A stretch of DNA of 64,000 nucleotides. It comes from Octopus sinensis. Lineage: Eukaryota. Each line of letters begins with the position of its first letter. The stretch's first letter is position 1. Below, in pieces: positions 51,615 through 64,000 of this stretch. The stretch lies in contig NC_043001.1 in NCBI RefSeq assembly GCF_006345805.1, positions 94,550,001-94,614,000 of the forward strand, written 5' to 3'. A program made the position numbers and the translations under genes. The notes under the pieces were generated by a model. It made no database searches. It saw nothing but the letters and a program-made list of their open reading frames with translations, and had not been told where the DNA came from.

Positions 51615-52700
51615 TAAATTGTCTAAGTTTTAGTATAATCGCCTTCGAACAGACTGCCTTGAGCAGCAATACACCGGTCCAAGCCATCAAGCCAGTTTTG
51701 GAATTCAGCATGGAAGTCGTTTTCCGTAAGCGAGTCGAGGACTTTCTGCAATTCACACTAAATCTCGTCACCGGTATTAAACAGCGACAATTGAGATGCA
51801 CTTTCATCTTTGGAATGAGATCAAAATCTGCTAAATCTATACCTCGACAATAGGGCATGTGCTGAAGCGATACCATGTTCATTTTGGCGAGAAGCTCGGG
51901 AGTGAGGAGTGTTTGGTGTCTATGTGTATTGTGGTCTTGAAGTTTTTCGCGTTCCACAAATCCGGTCGCTTTCGCCAGGTGTTTCCCCTCAAATTCTTCA
52001 AAACGTCTCAGAACACTCGATTGACGGTCTAGTACTGGGGGACAAATTCTGGATACGTAGTACCGCGGTAGTTAAAGAAAACGATGAGTATACGCTCTTG
52101 ATTGAGCTGCAGTTCTGTCGTACCACCTTTAATCTTGTGTCTGAGGGACACTTGCATTTTGACCCGTAAACCCAACTCTCATCGCTATTGATGAACGATG
52201 AGTCATCAGCGGAATGCTGACGGAGATCTTCGACGCTCAGTTCTCTCCACTCAGTGGCCATCAAGCGGGGATAAATTTGGCAATTTGGACGTTAAAATTG
52301 ACTTCCTGGAACCAATCGACAGACCAACAATATCAGCAATGTTGTTGATTGTTCTCTGACGATCTTCATGCACAGGCATATGAATTTTCCCCATATTTCA
52401 GAGGTAGGTTTTCTAGATCGCTCATCGACTCCAAGGGATGTGCTGATTTTGAAGCGCCCGTGTGCCACTCGAAACATTGAGTACGAACCAATGCCTCATC
52501 GCCGTAAGCTTGCCGAAGCATGCTCAATGCCTTTGTTGCAGACGTCCCAAGTTTAACGCAAAATTTCACTTTGGCTCTTTGTTCCAAATTCCTGTCTGTG
52601 ACAAAGACGCAGACTACAGCATACATTTGTTCACAAAAACACAAATATTTCACAACTTGTGAAGTAAACACAGCGATGTCACTCGGTACATTTCCTCATG
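51615..52700 (-). pseudogene. mariner transposase pseudogene
   Basis: EQRAKVKFCVKLGTSATKALSMLRQAYGDEAL (HTH), INSDESWVY, MPYCRGIDLADFDLIPKMK (YSPDLAPxD remnant). Confidence 0.9.
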
Positions 52701-52718
52701 AAAGACACTGCTAGCTCT

Positions 52719-52958
52719 TTTATTAATTTATTGCCCACAAGGGGCTAAACACAGTGGGGACAAAGAAGGACAGACAATCGGATTAAGTCGATTATATCGG
52801 CCCCAGTGCATAACTGGTACTTAATTTATCGACCACCAAACAAATGAAAGGCAAAGTCGATCTCGGCGGAATTTAAACTCAGAACGTAACAGCAGACGAA
52901 ATACCGCTAAGCATTTCGCCCGGCGTGCTAACGGTTCTGCCAGCTCGCCGCCTTAAAT
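52719..52958 (-). mobile_element. Family C SINE with 10 bp TSD
   Basis: TGCTAGCTCT at 52709-52718 and 52959-52968. Confidence 0.9.
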
Positions 52959-55819
52959 TGCTAGCTCTCAATGCACTTTTACACAATATAGAATAATATC
53001 TACTTGTAATATCTACTTGTAAGCAGAATTGTAAGGTCGTACCCTCAGCAAATTCTACAGAAACCATTACTGAAAATACTAGTTGAATTTGCATGTTTTC
53101 CAAGACTTGTACGTTCATGATGATCGCATCTGAAGCATATTACTTAAAATTGTCTACTTAGCTCCCCTTAACATGCTACGATGGCGTCGACTGGAAAGAG
53201 GTAAGGATTTTCACCACCATACATGAATTCCTAGTAGTGACAGTCTTACTCCGTTGCTTACTCATTTCCTACATGAAAAAATTGTGGAGTTGTTTTCTTA
53301 CTTAGAACAGGAGCCCCTGTTCTCTCAGCTGTTTTCATCTGAACTTGACACATATTTTACTATATATGGGCTTCCCTATATAAAGTGTACTAACCAGATA
53401 TTATTCTGGTTTGTTTCCAAGTTCTCCTTTAATGGGGTGAGATAACATCTCTCTATTGGGCAACGCACTGTTATATTCGTCCTCCTTTACACCTCAGACA
53501 GCCATCCCAACGATGTAATGTCGATAGACATGTTTGACAAAAGTTTGCGAAGACTTTCGTTATATCTATATGCATGCGTAGAATTGCTATAGCGCGTTAT
53601 AGTTTTCTTTTTCTGTCCTAGAGATGTCTTAGCGTTTTTTTGTTTTTATTTTGCTATTCGTAATATGCTCATTAATATTCTTTTGAAATTGTGCGTTATT
53701 CGTTGCCAATATTCTTTATATTTTAATCTCTGTCAGTGGCAGGTTCGAGCAGTATTAGTGCACTAATCCAATATAGATGTTAAAATAATTAGAAAGAGAA
53801 GTAAATAGTCATTAAAATTAGAAAACAGCAGCAATAATTCGATTTACATAATGCGGGAGAAAAATTTAAAACAAAAATATCCGTTAACCTGCAGTAATAT
53901 TTATTTGGTAAAAGATAATTAATGCTAAATAAAATTATCTTCAAAATATGAATATATCAGGTTGCTGATTACACTCCTCCATCATCAACACATATAACAC
54001 AGCGATTACTGCAACAGAACATAGAAAAGAATAGAGAATCGATAATATTTTCGCCAGTCAGTCACTCAAAAAATGTTGGTGCCCTTGTTCGGGATACGAC
54101 AGACCAGATATGGTGACATGCCCCGTTACAGCACACCGCTGCATACAGCATTTGCCGGTATCTGCTGGGGTTGTCCAAGGCAACTCACTGATTTGAGTCC
54201 TAGTCCGTTGTCATCTGCATGCAATAGTTCCTCATCCACAGTTACCATGTAGCAGACCACCTAAAGCTGCCACCCCACCCATATCCTCAGACAAGTGAAC
54301 ATGGTGCGCAGGATTCACTCGGAAAAACAGCAATAAAGTCAAATACTCAAGAATGACGATCCCGAATCACACAAGTAATAAATAGAACGAGCGCCTGTTT
54401 CTGAGATTGTTGGATACAAAATGCGACTAATTGTATTCTTTAACCCTGCGACGCTTCGTGGTAACAAAGCTGTCCAGTCAGTCCCTAACGGCTCCCAAAT
54501 GTGTCCAAGTCTCGTAACTGTTGTGCAAGAAGGGTGGATCAGAAACCTGAAGACCCAAAGTTTTGCTCCGATTCCCTGCTCAATTATCTGCTTATTTCAT
54601 TGACTGCACCTGCACACACAAGTGTTTTGGGGACTTAGGACTCACATCAAATTACATAGCAGTTGTTCGATCAAATGAATTATCCTCATGTTAAAAGAAA
54701 AAAATTGTGACTGAACAATCAGCGACAGGCGTACAGTTAAATTAATGCGCAAGCAAAATCAGTATGAATTTCCTTGTGAAAAGGTTTCATATTTGAATAG
54801 CAAGAGCAGTGCATTCAACACTTTTCTGTACAATTTCCATCTTGCTGTTGTTCATCAAAATACAATAGCTGATACGAGCTTAGAGAAAATATATTTTCAA
54901 AATACTCAGTAGTCAGGTTGAACACGTACCCGTGCGATCACAAATCAAGCGTTTTTCGCATTCAGTTTTACTGTGGCTACAGAAACTATAAGGAAGCAGA
55001 ATATGCACACAAAAAATGGGAGCTGTTGTATGTTACACCAACGGCTACAAAATTTGCACATTGTCCATATCTGAAAAAATAATGGAATACAATACAATAA
55101 ATAATTATAGAAAAATTAGAGGATTATGGCCGATATAGTATGATATTTTATTGTCCCCCGTGAGGCTGTGAAAAACATGTAATGAAGAATAAAATATGTG
55201 GTTGTACACTGCGGGTATGTTGATAAAATATATTTAATGATATTATTTATGACTGTCCAATCTCAGCGAATAGAGAATAGAGGTATTAACAGGTAGATGA
55301 TGTAACATTTTATATTCAGGAAAACATGTCAGCAATGCAAATACAGAGTGAAATAATGTAAGCCACACTAGTTATTGATTTCCACTGTATATTTTTGTTA
55401 AGTCCTGTGACAGATTATTTCCTGATCAAAATACAAGCTAATAAAAGACGATAATTTCTTTGGGACATTGTGTAAACATCTGGCATTAGTGAAGCAAAAT
55501 GTGGATATAAGGAACAGAAAGAAAAACTATAAAAAAATTGAAAAATCCAAGAGATGAAGTGAGCAGATGAATAACATGCAAATTCAGGAAAAGCAGTTTT
55601 TTACGAAATTCATTAAAGAGTATAATTATGTCGTGTATATTTCTCAAGCATATTTAGTGAATTTTAATTCTGTTCAAAAACTGATAGCTAAGTTTTAGGA
55701 TGGAATCTTGCAATGAATATAAGTATTTTAATATTGCATCGTTCGGTACTATCACGGTAAAAAAAATGTGTACTCATATTTTGAAATATCTGACTCTACT
55801 TCCCTTCTTCTCTGCAGTA

Positions 55820-56240
55820 AGGCGGCGGGCTGGCCGAAACGTTAGCATGCCGGGCGAAATGCGTAGCCGTATTTCGTCTGCCGTTACGTTCTGAGTTCAA
55901 ATTCCGCTGAGGTCGTCTTTGCCTTTCATCCTTCGTGGTCGATAAATTAATTACAGGTTACACACTGGGGTCGATATAATCAACTTAATCCGTTTGTCTG
56001 TCGTTGTTTGTTCTCTCTGTGTTTAGCCCGATGTTGGAGGTAAAGAAATAGGTATTTCGTCCGCTGCTACGTTCTGAGTTCAAATTCCACCGAGGTCGAC
56101 TCTACTTTTCATACTTTCAGAATCGATAGATTAAATACCATTTGTGTACTGGCGTCCATCTAAACGACTTACCCACTCCCCCACCAAAAAAAAAAAAAAC
56201 ATTTCGCGCCTTGTGCCTAGAAGAGAAAAGATTCTTCTCT
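55820..56240 (+). mobile_element. Family C SINE followed head-to-tail by a 5'-truncated second unit
   Basis: Full unit 55820-56056; second unit starts at GGTATTTCGTC (~56051) and has a different tail. Confidence 0.85.
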
Positions 56241-56837
56241 ACAGAAATTATCACAATTTTTCTCATGTTCTAATTTCGCGTGCAAAAATATTTTTGAGCA
56301 GAGATTACGAACGAATGCCTTTTGTTTTCACTTTCTTCAGTATGTTGACCATTTAAGTTATCTAGGTTAACAATATAGCAAATGGCAAAAATGGAATTTG
56401 TTATCAATAAACCATCGTGCACACAATCATTCCACGCAGTGTTTACCAAGATTTTCGTTCCATTTTGACCGGACTGTTTAACACGTCCATTTTGCAAGTA
56501 TGTTGCCCCGGTTTCGATACGACGGTACAGCAAATGTCATTTTCTGCGTTAATATTCCTCTTAGATTCAGTACGGCCAATACACTTGAGTGAGATGTCAT
56601 TCACACACAGGAAACGCTATATTTAATAGAAAAATATTTACTTGATACAGCACCTGAATCTTCCACGAATTGTAGAAAGACACGTGATATCTTGGTCGGG
56701 AATGATCTTTGTATGCTGCATCAGCTTTGAATTCGGTAGTGTCTGCTTTCTTCTCTACGCAGTTATTCTTTTGTTTCGTCTTGTTAATACTTTTGTACGC
56801 ATTGATAGTCTGTGAATAATTTGCGTGTATATATATA

Positions 56838-56983
56838 TAAAGCAGAAAATGTATATAAGTCGAAACAATTTGTTGGCCCTTTTGGTTTTTTTATTTATTG
56901 TTTATATTATACAATATTATATTATATTCATAGTATATTATGTAATATTATTTTCAATAGTGTATCTCTAATTAATTTCTTTC

Positions 56984-57024
<41 letters not shown>

Positions 57025-57082
57025 TCACACACACACACATACACACACACACACATACACACACACACATACACACACACAC

Positions 57083-57146
<64 letters not shown>

Positions 57147-57296
57147 CTTAGAAAGAAATTAATTAGAGATACACTATTGAAAATAATATTACATAATATA
57201 CTATGAATATAATATTATATTGTATAATATAAACAATAAACGAAAAAAACAAAAAAAAGCCAACAATTTGTTTCGACTTATATACATTTTCTGCTT

Positions 57297-57298
<2 letters not shown>
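56838..57298. repeat. Inverted repeat, ~150 bp arms around a microsatellite spacer
   Basis: 56838-56985 vs 57149-57298, high identity by eye; diverged direct partial copy at ~57725-57815. Confidence 0.9.
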
Positions 57299-57338
<40 letters not shown>

Positions 57339-60300
57339 AGCAGTTCCCTTATATATAAATCATTTCAGGGTCATAGTTTATTTATGTGTATACACACCTA
57401 TCGTATTGTTGTATATTGTAGTGATGAGGAACTATCTTGGACATTGAACGCTTTCGGTTGTTATGCTTTTGAAATGTAATGATGAATTTCGATAATTGTG
57501 GATTGCAGTTAGTCGGTTGTATGGTCTGTTAGGGTGTTTTTATTGTCTTTTTTAAAATTGTAATTAATGTATGATTGAATAGGTAACGCTCATTCTCATA
57601 ACACATACATTTTAATTAATTGGTTTACAATCCATCTGTCCTTTCACACGGAGTTTCGTCTGTATTAAACCATGAACCTGGAGGGAACTGTGACTATTTA
57701 TATAGAAAAGAGAGAATGTTTATACGTCGAAACAATCTTTGATCCTTTTGATTATTTTAAATAATTGTTTATGCTATACGATATTGTTATATTCATAGTA
57801 TATTATGTAAATTTATAATATAAATAAATTATATAATTTATCTTTGTAATTGAATTATACCCACGATTATATGGTATTCAACTAACGTCTGAAGTACCAG
57901 TGAATTGGGTGTTTAACACAAACCTTCGAAGGAAATATTTTCCTCAGTTTATTACTTCATATATACATAAACACATACACTATACTCACACATGCATACA
58001 CGCATAAATAAATGCACACACATGTGTGTGTCTATATGCATAATATTTTCACGGAGGGTACGCTTTTTGAATCTTCTTCCTGTTCGTTTTCAGAGAATTT
58101 GTCTTGTATACTTTTGGCATTGCGTACATTTTCGCTTCCCATATCCTTTTTTTCTATGTAATTTTTCTTGTATTTCGAGCGTTTGATTGAATTCTTATCA
58201 CCCTATTTTCGTCAGAGTCATTTGAAATATCTATCTCTGAACATATTTTCCAAGTTCAATCTTTTTCTAAGACATCTGTTCAATTTACTTCCAAGTCCAT
58301 ATCAATCTGGATATGCATATTCCATATTATTGTAGTCAGGAAATTACCATATTACAGAGAGATATTTCGTCTACTGAAAGAAATATTAATTTCCATATTA
58401 ATTTTCCTCTCCATATACATACTGTGTAACAAATAAATAATGAGGGCCTTTTTTTAAGAACTGAGGATTCTATAGAATCAACTTGATATTATACCCTTGT
58501 TGCAATATATTGCATTCTTATATATCATATCATTTACATTTGATATATGTAGCGCTATTCAGGTGTCATATTTTTCCTTCAGTCCAGACATTTTCCGTAG
58601 TGCGCCTTGTGTAGCTTGTATTTTCCGTTGCGTTGTATTGGCCATGTATTGTGTTTTTTTTCTATGGTTCTTTTTAGTTTTATATAACTTTTATATCGAT
58701 TCTGGATTTTTCTACAAACTGTAGGGCAATTATTTTATACAGTTCGTTACTTCATTAATTTTTTATATATAAATTTCTTAACTATATTTATATATGCATA
58801 TTTTAGTTGATTGTAAGTTATTTTTGCCAACCAATTTTATTACTTTATAATGTCTGTAAAAGTACATCCAACCTTCCCTCACTGCACGCATGCTAGGTAT
58901 ATCGATGAACAATAGACCTGAAATTGTAACAGAATGTTCAGTTTCCAATTTCGTCTGCTGAAACACACGAATCAACTAAATTCAATATACAAATATGATG
59001 CTGTTTTTTTTTTAGATATATATTACCTCATTTCTTCATTGTTTTTAATTTTAAAAAATTATCTGACTGTTGTAGACATCAATATATATTTTTGGTGACT
59101 GACTAGTATTTGTTTTTCTTTTCCTTTTCACCACAGTTTGTGTTCTTTTGATAAATTTTGCACAGTGATATGATCATTTCTAACATTTCCTATATATATA
59201 CACGATGGCTATATGCTTGGTAAACCATGATGCGAATGAACTTCCATTAGCTAGTTCAAAAGCCAAACTTTGAGAAATATATAAATGCATTATAAAAAAA
59301 GACAGAAAGAAAGAGAAGCAACCTTGTCCAAAACAACACTGAATGTTTGGTTATCACTCTCAACATGATTTTAGCTAAGAAATCATATAGCCGAAACGAA
59401 TTCCCGTTAATATAACCGATGCACCCACGAATCAAATAATCTTAGCTCACACCCAAACGAATCAAACTATTTCACGTCTTATGAATTAAGACAGAGAGAT
59501 TGAATAGATCGCTGGATCGTAGCGGTGTTCTTTTATTTGCGAAATTCCCGTTTTCAACCATATGTGTTTTTAATACAAGTAGATAGTGTACAATACTAGG
59601 TATAAAATTTACGTAGTCGATATTTATTCCACGTGTATTTGTTTATATCAAACGGCACGCAAGGACAAAGATGCATGCTGTGAAAACTGAATTAATATTG
59701 CATAATTATATTTATTTAAAAATAAATATATTATCATATTTAATTATGTATTATGTTCCATGTCCAAAAAGCAAATGTGATAAATTAAGTAAGCTTGAAT
59801 TGTTTACATTTAATTTTAGAAATATGTACTATCCTTTGATGTCGTACACACGTAGAAAGAGTAGCTTCAATTCGGCCTTGATACAGTTTTGTTGGTAGAG
59901 AAGCGTCAGCCGCGAGAGTAGAATCCTACGTATAGCTGTAATCTAAAATTACGTGCCAGTCTTGCCCTAGTACTGCCTTATAGTCGACTAATTTTTGCGT
60001 CATCAACATCTGACCTTCTATTATCAAAACCCTTTGCTTTTTGGAGTTGAGAACGAGAGTGACCACTCTGACACTCCCGATGCATTCCAACATGCGCACA
60101 AAGAGTTTTCACATGTCATTTGAGGAAATTTTCCAAATGACGATAAGGTATGTTCTATATTCCCTCGAATGAGGTTATTTACATACAGAACATATATCGT
60201 GTAGTGCTCAGTCCTTTTGGCACGGAATTTATGTGATGATGACATGATATAAAAATAGAACGAAGATATTTAATACATAAACACATAATCACATATACAT

Positions 60301-60421
60301 ACTTGTATGTATATATATATATCTGTGTGTATGTGGGCATATATCTATATACATCCATACAACGGCTTCTCTCCCTATCAATGTGTCGCTGTCTCTCTTC
60401 CAATATATGCATATATATAAA

Positions 60422-60505
<84 letters not shown>

Positions 60506-61799
60506 ATGTGTTTGTGAGTGTAATTGTACGTGTATACGAAAATAAGATAATATATCAATAGAAAAACCATATAGATGAACGAATGAGTGATTACACGAAC
60601 GATATTGTATTAATCTAGAAATACAATAACGTCGATATCTGTGTAAAAGAAAGAAAAATGCGACATATAAAATTATATCCCGATGTAGAGATTGTGATGA
60701 AGGCATAACGAAACAATCCACAATCGTAACTGTTGGAAATCACACATTAATACAATATCTTCTATTTACATCTCTAATACTAACTCTAAACACTAGACAA
60801 CACACACATGTGACATCTTTGACAATTTCCTTTAGCGTGTGATGTTATAGCACATGATGTTTTATATTCTTGAATGCAGAATCAATCAAATTTTATTGGC
60901 GATCAGCTGTTGATGGTGATGGAGTCGTATTTACACTTCCAATAAAATACTATAACTTATACAACAATTTGTTCTGCGAGCAATATAGAGCAATTACTGC
61001 AGACAATTCTGTCGCTTCTTCTGATGTCATCATTGTTTTATTGGTCTTTGAATAAATTCGCAGACATTATATCAGTATGGTAACTAAATTCTGATCTCTT
61101 ATCATAAAGATCTCTTCTAAGTTACTAAGGTAATATCGATTGGTTAAGCCTAGTACAATAAATGTTTATCAAATCTGATGCTATGAACCAAAAGAGAATT
61201 CGATTCTATAACAGAGAAGAATTTAAGGATGCTAAAATTAACTTTCCACAAGCGTATTTATATTCTGTTTATGCATCTTTTACAATATAAAATTGCCCCT
61301 GAAGTTTGAAGTGTAATTTATTCAATGTTCTACGTGCATAGTAGATTAAAATATATTTTAATTTAATCGGTCATAAAGATAATATCATAGAGAATGACTG
61401 TTCATGAAGGACATTTTAATTACGAAAATTACAAATATTACTGGGCGTCTAGTTCGTTCATCGAATCGATATGATGTCAGCCAACCTTTCATTCATATGC
61501 ATTGCGAACAGGCTCTAATTTCACTATTAAATCTCTGTGCAGATTGCCTTCAATGCAATGGAAAGTGTCGATATATCGGTGGCTGATTTACTTTCTTTTG
61601 CTGCATTTACTTGTAGTCATCGTTCAATGATGTTAGTCATTTGCATATTGGAAAATACATGTTTATACCATGTAACGCCACAATAAAATGAGGATCTAAA
61701 GTATACTACACAATTGGAACATGCTCTATGAACAAACTTTGATAGCTAAATAAAATGAGGATGTTACTGCTAATTCAATTCAATTAGTATTATTATTAT

Positions 61800-62280
61800 T
61801 ATTGAATGAGAGAGCAGTGCATGCCATCAAATTGACACTGGGGTAAAATATACGAAGCTCAGTATAACCCATCATGACTACCCGTCTGATAAGGGTACAC
61901 CAGGAACATGCATCACAACCATATGTGCGTGACATGGTGATCTCATATCAAGATAAAGAGCGCATGGCCTTGCATGTGGGGCCCAGGTAGAATTTTCGTC
62001 AGGTCGAGTAGCCCATCCCGATCAAAATGTCTCTGAATAAAGATTGTTTAAGGGTGTTGAACGAACCACCCATGTTTCCAAAGGTGAATTATCCAAACCT
62101 CCAAAAATTACTTTCAACACAGAGCTATGATTGCGCCCCTACAATTTCTGCTCGTGATCAGAGATGCACATATCGTCAGTCAGTAAGTGATATGGTCAAT
62201 TGGTTACGGTCAAACAACTGACAAGCAAATCCGTGGTATTGAGCAGAATATTTGCTGTAGCCCATCTTTTGTACCATGTA
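61800..62280 (-). mobile_element. Family A retroposon, copy 4 (5'-truncated)
   Basis: Same 3' end followed by (AAT)n on minus strand; begins near CATGGTACAAAAGATGGGCTAC. Confidence 0.9.
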
Positions 62281-62329
62281 GGCCATATTATTATTATTGT
62301 TGTTTTTGTTTTTGTTGGTACTGTTGATA

Positions 62330-63820
62330 CTGGTATAATCATTATTCTGGTTTAGCTCAGGTTGGGACTTATTCCTGGTAAGAACTATGTGGATAGCAAG
62401 TTACTACCTGTAACCTTAGGTATCCACAAGATTTCAGCAGTCCTTCATGTGCTTAGAACCCTCCTGATAATCCTTGCTGTTCCTAAGAGACAAATTTTGT
62501 CTAGGAGCTCTATAGGGCATCCTATTCCAATCTCGTACCTCTATTTGTCAATAACTTTGCTTACTGTCACCAATGCACCAATTAATATAGACACGACGTT
62601 TACTTTCCCCATGCTCTAAATACTCGCGATTTTAAATGTTAAGGGATTGTATATTTTCTCCCTTTCTTCCGCTTTCTATACGATTCTGGAATCAAACGGG
62701 CTTGACTGGTCGGTTAGTAAGCAACATCGCTTTTCCTTATTTATGATCGTTTTGTCCAGTCAATTATTTTCTAATTTCTAGTCCACTTGAATAGGAAAGC
62801 CCTACATATTTTCGACGCCAGTACACATTCCAATCGAGGATTGTACCATGTGTTTCCTGCTTCAAATTCCCGTTTTTGATACAGTTTCCAGTGCAGTGTA
62901 TAACGTTCATAACCTGGTCGTTTCTCTATTTCTTTTGTTCTTCCTGTGCCAACTTGGGGCATTCTGCTATATTGTGTACCAATGTAACATTCCGAGTTCC
63001 ACAAGCTCGACATTTCTCTGACACGTTCTCTCCATATATGATATTTCTCAAGTCGTTTGTTTCTGTCGCTTGATCTTAGGCTGCTACAATTAGACTCTCT
63101 GCTTCTGTGTTTAATTGACCCATTTTAACCAAGCCCTTGATTTTGCTCCACTTACTTCTTCGTTGGCTTCTTATTATTGGCCATGAAGAGCTTTTTCTTC
63201 GATCATCTTGACATGCTTTCTTTGTATTTCATTATTATCATATCTCCTATTACGCGTTTCATCACCTGGTCTTTAATCACTGGCTTTTGAAGTTTTTTCT
63301 CTGCTGCTCTGTAAATACTCTACTAGGCATTTTCTTTCTATCCGTACACATTCTTTTACTGCACTTAAGTCTCGATCTGTCTTCAAGTACAGTCGCGCTC
63401 CGCACATCGTCAACAACTTCCTATATTTTCTGTCAAGATTCTATATATCGTTTCTGGTCCAGTCTATAATTCCAACGCCATGTCTTATTAAATGTACTGC
63501 GCTTAAATTTATGACTCCAATAAATTCAGCTTTGCAATAATTTTCTGAGTCACCTTTGAATTCAACTTTGCAATAATTTTCTGACACACCTGGTGTAGTC
63601 CCTACTGGTAATATGTTTCATTTCTTCATTGTTAATTTCGTCTGCTTCCAGTATTCCCAAGTGCCTATACCACCGCCCGTTCTAAACCATTCTCATTGTT
63701 TGCCCCTTTGGCATTTCAACTCACTGCATTCTTCCAAATCTTCCGCGTTTCATTTTCAATATAGCGCATTTCTCTATCCCACTTTCCATACCTATATCAT
63801 TTGAGAAAATGTACATAATA
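62330..63820 (-). pseudogene. R4/Dong-type LINE, late RT to RLE, decayed
   Basis: IFSNDIGMESGIEKCAILKMKRG, YRHLGILEAD, ESLIVAA*DQA, EKCRACG...HNIAECPKLAQ (CCHC remnant). Confidence 0.8.
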
Positions 63821-63829
63821 TACACATGA

Positions 63830-64000
63830 TTTTGTTTCTCTTTTATCTAAGTTTCAATTAGATTGAGCCCAACGCTCTGAACACGACTGGTATCACTTTT
63901 ACATTACTCTCTCGTATTCCATAGTCTTGCCAATTCCCCTTTCCAGCCGGAGTACTTGGTGACTTTTTCAACCTCTTTACTCACAACAATCATGTCATTT
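63830..64000 (-). pseudogene. Separate R4/Dong RLE fragment
   Basis: EKVTKYSGWKGELARLWN...VKVIPVVFRALGSI. Confidence 0.6.

Noticed and set aside
52178-52209. CUGAUGA followed by a perfect 7 bp hairpin on the minus strand
   Set aside because: No GAAA follows the stem, and it lies within mariner coding sequence (DDSSFINSDESW); coincidental.
1-64000. CRISPR array, rRNA or bona fide tRNA genes
   Set aside because: No repeat-spacer periodicity and no rRNA-like sequence; the tRNA-like A/B boxes all belong to SINE heads without a complete cloverleaf.

Overview
AT-rich, microsatellite-dense eukaryotic DNA. The repeat families, especially the tRNA-headed SINEs, suggest a cephalopod, probably Octopus (inference, not searched). 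No host protein-coding gene, rRNA, true tRNA or CRISPR array is supportable; most ORFs in the track are microsatellite read-through. The window is a transposon graveyard: several tRNA-derived SINE families (some with clear TSDs), at least eight decayed R4/Dong-type RLE-LINE pieces tied to (TAA)n arrays, two CR1-clade 3' ends, a decayed Gypsy element with its 3' LTR and PPT, Tc1/mariner/maT remnants, MITEs, Helitron/Helentron-like pieces and a Penelope-like element (PLE). The most notable signals are: (1) type I hammerhead ribozyme (HHR) folds, including two copies in the inverted terminal repeats of the PLE (7997-8089 minus, 10772-10866 plus), an intact unrelated one at 6786-6867, a near-intact one at 21012-21074 and a decayed one behind a tRNA-like head at ~34930-35090; (2) a ~550 bp headless, 5'-truncating retroposon in (TAA)n arrays, in three of four cases just downstream of an R4/Dong piece; (3) several long fold-back inverted repeats. 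Coordinates were counted by eye and edges of decayed elements are approximate.
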